A stretch of DNA of 28,337 nucleotides from an uncultured Blastocatellaceae bacterium (GCA_964383905.1 CAYLJO010000061.1:1-28337); one strand, 5' to 3'; shown: positions 8,771-19,634, counted from the stretch's first letter. Numbers and translations are program-made. Notes: generated by a model from the letters alone, not told the origin.

Positions 8771-8890
8771 AAGGCAAACTAAAGAAGGCAAAAGGTAGGA
8801 GGTAAAAGGCAAAAGTGAGGGTCAAAGACAAAATTTAAAACCTGTTTTTCGCCTCACCTTGTCCTTCTTAATTTTGCCTTCTTTAGTTGA
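8771..8890. repeat. AT-rich intergenic element with inverted AAGGCAAAAGG / CTTTTGCCTT motifs (copy A), related to copy at 19531-19634
   Basis: GAAGGCAAAAGG (8784-8795) and AAAAGGCAAAAG (8803-8815) on the left, AAATTTAAAA core, TTTTCGCCTCACCTTG, then TTTTGCCTTCTTTAGT (8873-8888), which is the reverse complement of ACTAAAGAAGGCAAAA at 8779-8794. The right arm overlaps the stop codon of the upstream - strand gene. Confidence 0.4.
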
Positions 8891-11462
8891 CTGCTGTCGA
8901 GGTAAGCTTGCCTGTGGGAATATCACTCACCGGTTCTACTTTTGCCGCCCCGGTGGGCGGGTGCTGCTGCTTATGGGCCGACTTGGCGCGGTACATGGCC
9001 TCGTCGGCGGCGATCAAAAGCTGATCGAGGGTCTCACCATTAATGCCATAGGTTGCGGTTCCGACGCTGATGCCGACGCTTGCGTAATGGTCGGCGCGCA
9101 CCCGGAGCGAGAATTTCGAGACCGTTTTCTCAATACGCTCGCGCAATTCTTCAACCTGATCAGGCAGCAGGTCCTGAACGATGGCGACGAACTCGTCGCC
9201 GGCGTAGCGCGCCAGAAAATCGTACTCGCGCAATTGGCCTTGAAGAAGGCGCGCCACCTCGCGCAACATCTTATCGCCGACCTGGTGCCCGAACGTATCG
9301 TTGACCGGCTTGAAGTTATCGAGATCAAGCATGATGACTTGAAACGGGCGGCCCGAACGGCGGGCGCGCGCCGCTTCCTGGTCGAAACGCAGGTACATGT
9401 AGCGCGCGTTGGGAAGACCGGTGAGCGGGTCGGTCAGCGCGTTGGACTCGGCTTCCGCATGCTGCATCGCATTGGCGAGCGCGTCCGAAGCGAGTCGCGC
9501 GATCGTTTCGAGCAGGCGCATGTCATCATCCGTGTATTCATTTAAGACCATTGAATACACCGAGAGTGCGCCGAGCAGGCGCTCGTCCTTAACCAGCGGC
9601 AGCGCGGCCATGGCCCGGTATTCGCTGTCGGGGGCCAACTGAACACCCGCGAAGTCCAGGCTCGGATCAAGGCGGTTAATGGGCTGGCGGTTGGCGAGCG
9701 CGAATCCGGTCACGCCCTCGCCCGGCGCGACGCATTTCGAGCGCAGCGCCTCCGCGTTCTTTCCCGCCACATGTCCGGCCGTCGCATAGGCCTTCAACTC
9801 GTCAAAAAGATAGACGACACACGTATCGAAAGGCACGATGTGGCCGACTTTATTAACTAAGATTGAAAGCGTGTCTTCGATGTCGAGCGACGAGCCAAAA
9901 GTGCGCGCGATCTCGTAGAGAGAGTAGACCTCGCGGTGCGCGTTCTTGATCTGATCATAGGCGGGCGATGAAGTGCGTTCACGGCCCTGCGCAACGTCCA
10001 GGAGGGACAGCGTACGCGTCTCGCGCCCTTCATCCGTGGCATTTTGCTGTTCGAGACCGAGCGCAGCGATCTCGGCCTCGAAGCGCGACAAATTCTCGAC
10101 GAAGAGGTCAACAACCTTCGGGTCAAAGTGTGACCCGGCTCCGCGCTGCAGGAGCGCGATGGCTTCGGCACGCGTCATACCCCGGCGGTAAGGGCGGTCT
10201 TCACGCACCGAGTCGAAGCAATCGACCACCGAAATAATGCGCGCTGTAATCGGGATGTGCTCGCCCTTCAGCCCGTCGGGATAACCCTGCCCGTCCCACT
10301 GCTCGTGATGATGGCGCACAACAGGGACGACCGGGTACGGGAAATCGACGCGCTCTAAAATTTCCGCGCCGACCGTCGTGTGCACCTTCATCTTCTCAAA
10401 CTCGGCGGCGGAAAGTTGACCGGGCTTGTTTAGGATGTGATCGGGCACAGCCAGTTTCCCAATATCGTGCAGCAGGGCCCCGGCTTTGAGCGCCTCAATC
10501 TCATTTTCCGAGAGGCCGTAGAGCTTTCCTATCCCGGTGGCGTAAATTTGCACCCGCCGGACGTGGCAGTGTGTTGTTTGATCCTTCGCGTCAATCGCCG
10601 TGGCGAGCGCTTCGACCGTCGCCAGATGCAGGCGGCTTATCTCCGAAGCCTTCCGCGTCATTTCGTTAACACGCTCGAAGTAAACCCAGTAGGTGGCGTA
10701 TGTCGCCGCGAGGACCGGCACGCTCAGCAGGACATAGAGAAACCCGAACTTCGAGAGCGCCACATAGATTATTGCCGTCGCAATCGCCGCCGCGACGAAG
10801 GTCCAGGAAGTCCACAAGTAACCTTCGCGCCAGAATCTCCAGAAGGACTGGCGGCTTCTCAAAGCATACATTGTGGCGAGGGAAAGGCCGTTGAGAAGGA
10901 ATTGCAGGATCGTCATCAACGCCAGCGGCACGAGCAGGTGATCGAGCGGCAGCGGCGTCGTCCCGAGCGGGGCAGGCTTGGCCGAAGGGTAGGCGGCGAG
11001 CATGGCGTAAAAGGCGCTCCCCGAAATCAGGGTCGTGGCGACCATCATGGCGGACGCCGCGAACAAAGTGGGCATGCGCTTTGTCGTGCGCTTTGCGCTG
11101 ATGAGAGAATCGGCAGCGCTGAGCAAAACCGCCGCCGGCACGCCGAGCAGCAGCACGCCTAAGAAGATAAACGTATCACCGGCCGTCACGCTGGCGGTCG
11201 TGGTCGGGATGCGGATCGGGTAGGAGCTGGCGGCGACCGTGAGCAGTAGCAGGGCGAAGAGCGCTGCCCACTGCGCCGACATGAAAAACAGGCACTGGCA
11301 GATGGCCCATAGGCAGATCAGAGCGGCTGCGGCAACCACCAGGTACCAATAGATTTTGGCGCCCCGGTTGTAATCTGACATGACAGATTTCACCCGCGCT
11401 CTCCAATCATAACGAGCCCGAGCGGCTGTCCGTGTCGCCTTGCCTTCGTCAAGCTTCATCAT
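8883..11462 (-). CDS. multidomain c-di-GMP turnover protein: N-terminal polytopic membrane domain, HD-GYP phosphodiesterase domain, GAF domain, C-terminal GGDEF domain (AGDEF variant)
   Basis: Multiple hydrophobic helices in the first ~260 aa. HD-GYP signature LLHDIGK...HHEQWDGQGYPDGL. GGDEF domain with RSGRPFQVIMLDLDNFKPVNDTFGH and ARYAGDEFVAIV (first Gly replaced by Ala). Alternative start at 11384 (MSDYNRG). Confidence 0.85.
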   Translation of the reverse strand: MMKLDEGKATRTAARARYDWRARVKSVMSDYNRGAKIYWYLVVAAAALICLWAICQCLFFMSAQWAALFALLLLTVAASSYPIRIPTTTASVTAGDTFIFLGVLLLGVPAAVLLSAADSLISAKRTTKRMPTLFAASAMMVATTLISGSAFYAMLAAYPSAKPAPLGTTPLPLDHLLVPLALMTILQFLLNGLSLATMYALRSRQSFWRFWREGYLWTSWTFVAAAIATAIIYVALSKFGFLYVLLSVPVLAATYATYWVYFERVNEMTRKASEISRLHLATVEALATAIDAKDQTTHCHVRRVQIYATGIGKLYGLSENEIEALKAGALLHDIGKLAVPDHILNKPGQLSAAEFEKMKVHTTVGAEILERVDFPYPVVPVVRHHHEQWDGQGYPDGLKGEHIPITARIISVVDCFDSVREDRPYRRGMTRAEAIALLQRGAGSHFDPKVVDLFVENLSRFEAEIAALGLEQQNATDEGRETRTLSLLDVAQGRERTSSPAYDQIKNAHREVYSLYEIARTFGSSLDIEDTLSILVNKVGHIVPFDTCVVYLFDELKAYATAGHVAGKNAEALRSKCVAPGEGVTGFALANRQPINRLDPSLDFAGVQLAPDSEYRAMAALPLVKDERLLGALSVYSMVLNEYTDDDMRLLETIARLASDALANAMQHAEAESNALTDPLTGLPNARYMYLRFDQEAARARRSGRPFQVIMLDLDNFKPVNDTFGHQVGDKMLREVARLLQGQLREYDFLARYAGDEFVAIVQDLLPDQVEELRERIEKTVSKFSLRVRADHYASVGISVGTATYGINGETLDQLLIAADEAMYRAKSAHKQQHPPTGAAKVEPVSDIPTGKLTSTAVN

Positions 11463-12319
11463 TTATGGCCCACCTACGCGTTCGGCGAAAACATCGCGGA
11501 GGCTGAATCATCCAGCCCCATCAACTCTCCTTTTTTTGCTATACGCATCGGTGAAGCGCGCAAGCCATCAACTATCGGTGAGCCGGACGTCCCCGGGGTT
11601 GTTAGTGAAAGCTTTAATCAGACGATTCATAAACTTCCGGCGCACAGACCAATTAACTATCAAGAACCCTTCGCCGGAAGCGAAAGCCAGGGGCAACTGG
11701 GCATTCGCTTCCGGCGCAGGACTGGGCAAGTGGCGGGCCAGGGTGTCACCCTCCCGCCTGTTCGGGGTGAGATATCGGTTGCGCCTCCTTTCTCGCACGG
11801 TAAACATCACGGGGACGCGATAGCTTTCAATATGCGCGGCTGTCGGACTCCGTGCGGTGAGTCCGTGAAGCAAGAGCGCCTCGAGCCGCACTTGTACAGA
11901 TAACAAGCCCCGTACCACTGGCGGTTAAAGATTGGTTGTCCGTGTAACCCTAGATCCGACAGTGTTTACGCCGCCGAGCTACTTTTCCGTGCGAGGGGGG
12001 CGCTCCAAGGCTGGTCAAGCTGACAGGTCAGGATGATGGCTCTGTATAAGTTGACCGAAGTAATGGGGTGTATCAACCATCTGGTCGAATTGTTCCACCC
12101 CGTTCTTCCCGCTTTGATAGAGGTATGGATACCCTTCAGGTCTACGGGAGTTCCATGAGGCGCTGCTTCCCGTTCCGTTTGACAATCCCTGATACGAGAG
12201 TGCACCCTTCCCGGGTGACAACCAAACACTGACGGGTATGGGAAACATCGATGTGACGCGGTCTCTCGTGGCTCTTGCTCGTTAAATACCTTTCGCGTCG
12301 GGGCGTGCTTTTGGACAAC

Positions 12320-13687
12320 ATGACGAGCGGAGCTGAAGAACATCGCGCACCCACCGGCTACGTGGAATTGCTTCGACGTAATCGTGGCTTCCGATACCTA
12401 TGGCTGGGCCAAGTCATCAGCCAGATGGGCGACTGGTTTGACACCATCGCGGTCTATACCATTGCTCTCAACTTGACGGGGTCGGGGCGCGCGGTCGGTC
12501 TTGTGCTGGTCGCGCGCTTTCTCCCGAGCTTCATCATCGGGCCGTTGTCGGGCGTCATCGCGGATCGGTTTTGCCGGCGGATGATCATGATCATTTCAGA
12601 CGTCTTGCGGGCCGTCGTCGTACTCGGATTTCTCTTCGTGCGCCGCCCGGACCAACTGTGGCTCGTTTACGCGCTGACGGTCCTGCAACTGGCCTTCTCG
12701 GCATTCTTCGAGCCGGCGCGCACGGCCGCCGTCCCATCCGTCGTCGCAGAGCGTGACCTCGTCGCCGCGAATACAATCTCTTCGGTCACGTGGTCTGTGA
12801 TGCTCACCCTCGGCGCGGCGGTCGGCGGTGTGGTGACGGGCTGGTTCGGCACGGACGCCGCGTTTATCATTGACTCGCTGACATTTCTCGCATCGGCGGC
12901 GCTCATCGCCGGCGTGCATTTTCCCCGGCGCCCGGCGCGCGCCAAAAGTAAATTCACCGTCGGCAGGGCGCTCGGGTTGACGGACACGCTGGAAGGGGTG
13001 CGTTATGTGTTAAAGCGCCCACGCGTGCTCGCGCTGCTGATGGTCAAGCCGGCGTGGGGATTGGGGGGCGGGATACTCGCGCTGCTCGCCGTCTTCGGCG
13101 AAAAGATTTTTCCGGTCGGCGGTCGCGCCGCCACAGGCATCGGCGTGCTCTATGCGGCGCGCGGAATCGGCACGGCCATCGGGCCTGTCGCCACCCGCCG
13201 CTTCGCCGGTGAGACACGGCAAAGCATGCAAACGGCCATCGGGGTGGCGTTCCTTATCGGTGGTATCTTCTACATGGCTTTCGGCCGCGCGACCAACTTT
13301 GTGTTGGCGCTTATCGTGCTTCTCATCGCGCACATGGGCGGCAGCATTTTGTGGGTCTTCTCGACGGTGCTCTTGCAACGCACGGTTGAAGATAACTTCC
13401 GCGGGCGTGTTTTCGCCGCCGAGATGGCGCTGCTCACGCTCGCGATGGCCGCGTCGAACTATGCCACGGGCGAACTGCTAGATCGCTTCAACATTTCGCC
13501 GCGGGCAGTCACCACCGGTATCGGCCTCTTCTTTCTACTTCCCGGAATGATCTGGTTTGCGACCCGGCGGTGGTGGAATACTGACAGGGGCGAGCGACCA
13601 GGCGAAATCTCTCAGGCGCGACCGCAACCGGAAGCGAAGATCGCCCGGCCGGCGAGGGATGAAGAGATCATCGACGCGGCACGCTAA
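12320..13687 (+). CDS. MFS family transporter (12+ TM helices); ORF track extends to 12275 but ATG at 12320 is more likely
   Basis: Continuous alternating hydrophobic segments. MFS-like motif GVIADRFCRRMIM after TM2. Hydrophilic Arg/Glu-rich C-terminal tail. Confidence 0.8.
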   Translation: MTSGAEEHRAPTGYVELLRRNRGFRYLWLGQVISQMGDWFDTIAVYTIALNLTGSGRAVGLVLVARFLPSFIIGPLSGVIADRFCRRMIMIISDVLRAVVVLGFLFVRRPDQLWLVYALTVLQLAFSAFFEPARTAAVPSVVAERDLVAANTISSVTWSVMLTLGAAVGGVVTGWFGTDAAFIIDSLTFLASAALIAGVHFPRRPARAKSKFTVGRALGLTDTLEGVRYVLKRPRVLALLMVKPAWGLGGGILALLAVFGEKIFPVGGRAATGIGVLYAARGIGTAIGPVATRRFAGETRQSMQTAIGVAFLIGGIFYMAFGRATNFVLALIVLLIAHMGGSILWVFSTVLLQRTVEDNFRGRVFAAEMALLTLAMAASNYATGELLDRFNISPRAVTTGIGLFFLLPGMIWFATRRWWNTDRGERPGEISQARPQPEAKIARPARDEEIIDAAR

Positions 13688-13749
13688 AATGATGCGCGCC
13701 GGCCGTTACCGGCGGGCGTCGCTCATGTCTCCATTAATTTCGGTTCGCC

Positions 13750-14310
13750 ATGAAGATTAAAGTTGGGGTGATGGGCTCGGCCGACGATACGCTGCCCGAG
13801 GGCGTGGCGGCCGATTTACGCGCGAGCGCGGAGGCGCTCGGACGCAGCATCGCCGCCCACGGCGCTGTGCTGCTGACCGGCGCGACGACCGGGCTGCCTT
13901 ATATTGTCGGCAAGTCGGCGCGCGAAGCAGGCGCATTACACATCGGCGTTTCGCCCGCGAGCAGTGAAGATGAACATGTCACCGCGTACAGGCTCCCGAC
14001 AGATGCCTGCGATGTGATTATCTACACGGGCTTCGGCCTGAAAGGCCGCAACGTCGTGCTCGTGCGTTCCTGCGACATCGTCCTGTTCATCTCCGGCTCG
14101 ATCGGCTCGCTCAACGAGTTAACGATTGCTCACGATGAAGGCCGCGTCATCGGTTGCTTGACCGGCACGGGCGGCGTAGCGGATCAAGCCTCCCGGCTCT
14201 TACAGACCTTTTCAAAACAGACTAAGGCGCGCGTTTTTTATCAGGATGAGGCGGAGCGCCTCGTCACCGAATGCCTGCGGGAGCTGCGCGGGGCGGGCGC
14301 GCGCAACTGA
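13750..14310 (+). CDS. LOG/SLOG-superfamily Rossmann-fold protein (TIGR00725-like; lysine-decarboxylase-like fold)
   Basis: MKIKVGVMGSADD... N-terminal glycine-rich beta-alpha start, LLTGATTGLP, DVIIYTGFG, and FISGSIGSLNELTIAH resembling the PGGxGTxxE-type motif of LOG-like proteins. 186 aa. Confidence 0.5.
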   Translation: MKIKVGVMGSADDTLPEGVAADLRASAEALGRSIAAHGAVLLTGATTGLPYIVGKSAREAGALHIGVSPASSEDEHVTAYRLPTDACDVIIYTGFGLKGRNVVLVRSCDIVLFISGSIGSLNELTIAHDEGRVIGCLTGTGGVADQASRLLQTFSKQTKARVFYQDEAERLVTECLRELRGAGARN

Positions 14311-14355
14311 GAGGTCGGCCCTCTGCGGACTTAAAACAACCGCTCGAAAGGATCA

Positions 14356-15081
14356 TTGCCAAAGCTGGCTCGTAGTCGTATTTCGCCATTTGAGGTTGTA
14401 AACCCAACGATCGAAAGCCGGGTCCGAAACTTGGAAGCCGAAACCGAGAACTTAATCATGGTGCGGCCCGCGAGCGCGGGGATGGATGCCGCCGATCCTG
14501 ACCACGCGGGGTGGGACGGGGTGCGGCCGGTTCGTCTGGTGCGGTACTGGTCAGGTAAGGAGGCCCCCATCGGACGCCGGGCTGAAGCGCAGCTTGCCTG
14601 GTCTGACGAAGCATTGTACGTGCGCTTCAACTGTCGTCAGGCCGAGCCGCTCGTTGTGAACGCGGCCCCGCAGGTTGAGCGCGAGGCGATGGGGCTATGG
14701 GATCGCGACGTGTGCGAGCTTTTCCTAGCGCCGGATGCAAGCTCGCCCGAGCACTACTTCGAGTTTGAAGCCGCGCCCACCGGCGAGTGGCTGGATCTGG
14801 AAATTCGCTGGCTTCAAGGCGGGCGTGAAACGAACTGGCAGTTTCATTCGGGGATGACTACGGCGGCCCGCACCGCCGCGGACCATGTCAGGATTGCGAT
14901 GCGTGTGCCGTGGGAGGGAATCGGCCGCAGGCCACAAGCGGGCGAGCGCTGGCGGGTAAACCTATTCCGCTGCGTCGGCGCAGGCGAACGACGCGGCTAT
15001 CTGGCATGGCAGCCGACTTACACGGAGCAGCCCAATTTCCATGTCCCTCAAGCCTTCGGCTGGCTCTCTTTCGAAGAGTGA
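14356..15081 (+). CDS. CBM9-like / DOMON-like beta-sandwich domain protein (start may be ATG at 14458)
   Basis: Motifs WSDEALYVRFNCRQAEP, WDRDVCELFLAPD, FEFEAAPTGEWLDLEI, VNLFRCVGAG and C-terminal FHVPQAFGWLSFEE resemble the carbohydrate-binding-family-9-like (PF16011/PF06452) fold. No signal peptide detected. Confidence 0.45.
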   Translation: MPKLARSRISPFEVVNPTIESRVRNLEAETENLIMVRPASAGMDAADPDHAGWDGVRPVRLVRYWSGKEAPIGRRAEAQLAWSDEALYVRFNCRQAEPLVVNAAPQVEREAMGLWDRDVCELFLAPDASSPEHYFEFEAAPTGEWLDLEIRWLQGGRETNWQFHSGMTTAARTAADHVRIAMRVPWEGIGRRPQAGERWRVNLFRCVGAGERRGYLAWQPTYTEQPNFHVPQAFGWLSFEE

Positions 15082-15136
15082 AAGGGCGGTGATTCAAGAC
15101 CCCGGCTGTGCCATTGAATCGATTACCCACCCCACA

Positions 15137-15658
15137 TCACTTCTCCTCTGGTCGTAATCCGAGCGTTCGGAGATAAGCCACGTAGCGGCCGCGGTCGTTG
15201 TCGCTCATTTCGGTAATACGCGCGCCGATGAGATAGCCTTCCTCTTCTTCCTCAAGCCGCTCGTAGCGCACCGGAACCACCTGCACCTCCGTAGGGCCGG
15301 CAGGCAGGGCAAGCGTGAGTCGCAATACGCGGTCTTCACCGGTCAGGTAATGCCCGCCGATCCGAATACTAGGAACGATGAGGGCGATGCCCGATGCGCT
15401 GATGTCGCACGTATGGCCCTGGAGCGAAGGCACGCGCCGCGTGGCGCTATTGCCCGTCTTTGCGGCCAGCAGGGAAACATTGACCAGTAAACGTGTCTTG
15501 TACCGCCTGGCGCGGCGGCGGTCACCCACAAATCTCCGTAAGCGCGCCGCGATAGAGCGCATCAATTCCGGCATTTCGCTATCTACCTCGCAGGCCGCTT
15601 CCACGCGCAAAGCGCCGTCGGGATCAGGGAGGGGTGCGAAAACTTCAAGGAATCGCAA
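15137..15658 (-). CDS. PilZ-domain c-di-GMP receptor protein (alternative start at 15577, MPELMRS)
   Basis: Canonical PilZ motifs RRRARRYKTRL (RxxxR) followed ~25 aa later by CDISASGIALIV (D-x-S-x-x-G). Small single-domain protein. Confidence 0.7.
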   Translation of the reverse strand: MRFLEVFAPLPDPDGALRVEAACEVDSEMPELMRSIAARLRRFVGDRRRARRYKTRLLVNVSLLAAKTGNSATRRVPSLQGHTCDISASGIALIVPSIRIGGHYLTGEDRVLRLTLALPAGPTEVQVVPVRYERLEEEEEGYLIGARITEMSDNDRGRYVAYLRTLGLRPEEK

Positions 15659-15738
15659 GGACGTCCAATGGGGCGCGTCTGCAAACGGGCACGCGTGTCC
15701 TGGCCCGTCTGACCATTGTAGTGGGCAAAAACGTCCGG

Positions 15739-15759
15739 GCGCAATATTTAATTGCGCCG
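15739..15759. promoter_or_regulatory. perfect palindrome GGCGCAAT-ATTTA-ATTGCGCC ~80-180 bp upstream of the PilZ gene; candidate operator
   Basis: 8-bp perfect inverted arms with 5-bp AT spacer in the intergenic region between two - strand genes. A TATAAT-like hexamer (ctataat on the - strand, ~15795) lies upstream of the palindrome relative to the PilZ gene. Confidence 0.3.
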
Positions 15760-15811
15760 GAGGGAGGGTTCAGGGTTGGCGATGCCGGGTATTATAGAAA
15801 GAAACCGGCCG

Positions 15812-15829
15812 GTAGGGTGGCCACCCTAC
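15812..15829. terminator. palindromic hairpin GTAGGGTGG/CCACCCTAC overlapping the stop codon of the upstream - strand gene; probable terminator
   Basis: Perfect 18-nt palindrome; on the - strand it is followed by GGTTTCTTTCTAT (U-rich). Confidence 0.4.
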
Positions 15830-16629
15830 TACTTCTTGTCGGATGAAGAAGACAACGGCTTGCCACCGTTGTCCGCGCTCCTTACCGCCTTATTATCCAT
15901 GTAGAAGGAGAGGCGGCCCGTGCGGCCGTAACGTACTGGCTCAGCCCCGGCGGTAAAGCTTTTCGAGTCCTGCGCGAGCGCGAGGTGAAAATGGTAGCCC
16001 GTGGACTCAGATGATTCGATATCCTTCGGCAGAAGTCCGGTCTTGACGAGCGTGGGCAGGTCGGCGAATAGACCGTTGTGCTGAGAGTTGTATAAAAGCT
16101 CGGCCAGACTAATGCGCTTCAGCATGTCATTGACTTCGTTGTGATGCGTGTCGATGCGCGCGTTGAAAAAGAAGTCCTTGCCGCTCTTCCTGACGATCTC
16201 CTGATTCGCTTTGTCGCCGACGATCCACTCGCCGCCAACGCGTTGGAGTGTGACGGGTTCAGCCTGCTCTCCAGCATCCGCACCGGGAACCTTGACAAAG
16301 ACCGTGGCCGTGTCGCCGCTCGTCTGCTCGCCGTTGAACTCGATGTTTTCCGGCACCGCCCCGGCCATCTTCTCAAAATCAGGGCGCAGCTCTTCGAATT
16401 CTTCTGCGCTCAAGCCATCAACGGCCGGTTTGTAGATTGACATCGCGAAGGCCTCGCGAAAGCGTTTCTCGCGCAGGGCTTTGTAGAATTCGCGCACTGT
16501 TTCCGTCGGCGTGCGGGGAGCGGTTTGCGCAGAGGAGGCGGCGACGTTCGCTCTCCACCCAACCAACATCAGTGAAATGACCAGTACGGCAAGAGCGCGC
16601 GAGCGGTAAACTGTTGAGGCTTTGAGCAT
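15829..16629 (-). CDS. secreted hypothetical protein with N-terminal signal peptide
   Basis: Start at 16629 (MLKASTVYRSRALAVLVISLMLVGWRANVAASSAQ), a signal-peptide-like N-terminus preceded by AAGGA ~10 nt upstream. No recognisable catalytic motif. The longer ORF to 16698 lacks an RBS and begins with non-signal sequence. Confidence 0.6.
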   Translation of the reverse strand: MLKASTVYRSRALAVLVISLMLVGWRANVAASSAQTAPRTPTETVREFYKALREKRFREAFAMSIYKPAVDGLSAEEFEELRPDFEKMAGAVPENIEFNGEQTSGDTATVFVKVPGADAGEQAEPVTLQRVGGEWIVGDKANQEIVRKSGKDFFFNARIDTHHNEVNDMLKRISLAELLYNSQHNGLFADLPTLVKTGLLPKDIESSESTGYHFHLALAQDSKSFTAGAEPVRYGRTGRLSFYMDNKAVRSADNGGKPLSSSSDKK

Positions 16630-16865
16630 TAAGCGACTTATCCTTAGGAAGAATTGGCGCGGCGGGCCGAGGGGGTTCACAAGACAGACGCACCGCATAC
16701 TTATAGAGGCTTGAAAAGAGGAAAACGTTGCCGCCTGTTAAACACGCGGGGCGGGTAAAGGGTGAATGGCGACGGTGCCAGCCAATAAATGGTTCTGCAT
16801 TCGCCGTCCATCCCTTCTTCTTCGGCGCCACCGCAGGGTTCGGAGATGATGCGCGCGAGCTTTCG

Positions 16866-19436
<2,571 letters not shown>

Positions 19437-19530
19437 CGAAAATGTCCTCCGAAAGAATTTTCAGAACGGGAAGAGCGCGGGGTTTCGGGCTAATCCTACT
19501 TTACACGCGCCCCGCACGGCAGAGCAACTC

Positions 19531-19634
19531 AGGAAGGCAAAAGGGAAAATGCTGATCACAAAAAAATTTATTAAAAAATGGTTTCCGCCTGACTTTTGCC
19601 TTTTTCCTTTCACCTTGATTTCCGCCTTTCTTCC
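19531..19634. repeat. AT-rich intergenic element with GAAGGCAAAAGG ... CTTTTGCCTTT inverted motifs (copy B), related to copy at 8771-8890; lies in the divergent OPT / carboxypeptidase promoter region
   Basis: GGAAGGCAAAAGGG (19532-19545), long A/T block AAAAAAATTTATTAAAAAA, TTTCCGCCTGAC, CTTTTGCCTTTTTCC (19602-19616; reverse complement contains AAAGGCAAAAG), TTCACCTTG, TTTCCGCCTTTC. Shares the 12-mer, the inverted 9-mer and CACCTTG with copy A. Confidence 0.4.

Noticed and set aside
8189-11162. Multiple + strand ORFs (8189..8647, 8859..9545, 10437..11162 etc.)
   Set aside because: All lie antisense within the large - strand kinase and HD-GYP/GGDEF genes and are Arg/Ala-rich artefacts of GC-rich sequence.
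11568-12343. ORFs 11568..11918 (-), 11966..12343 (-), 12015..12248 (-)
   Set aside because: No recognisable motifs, mutually overlapping, located in the long intergenic gap. Treated as non-coding (see finding).
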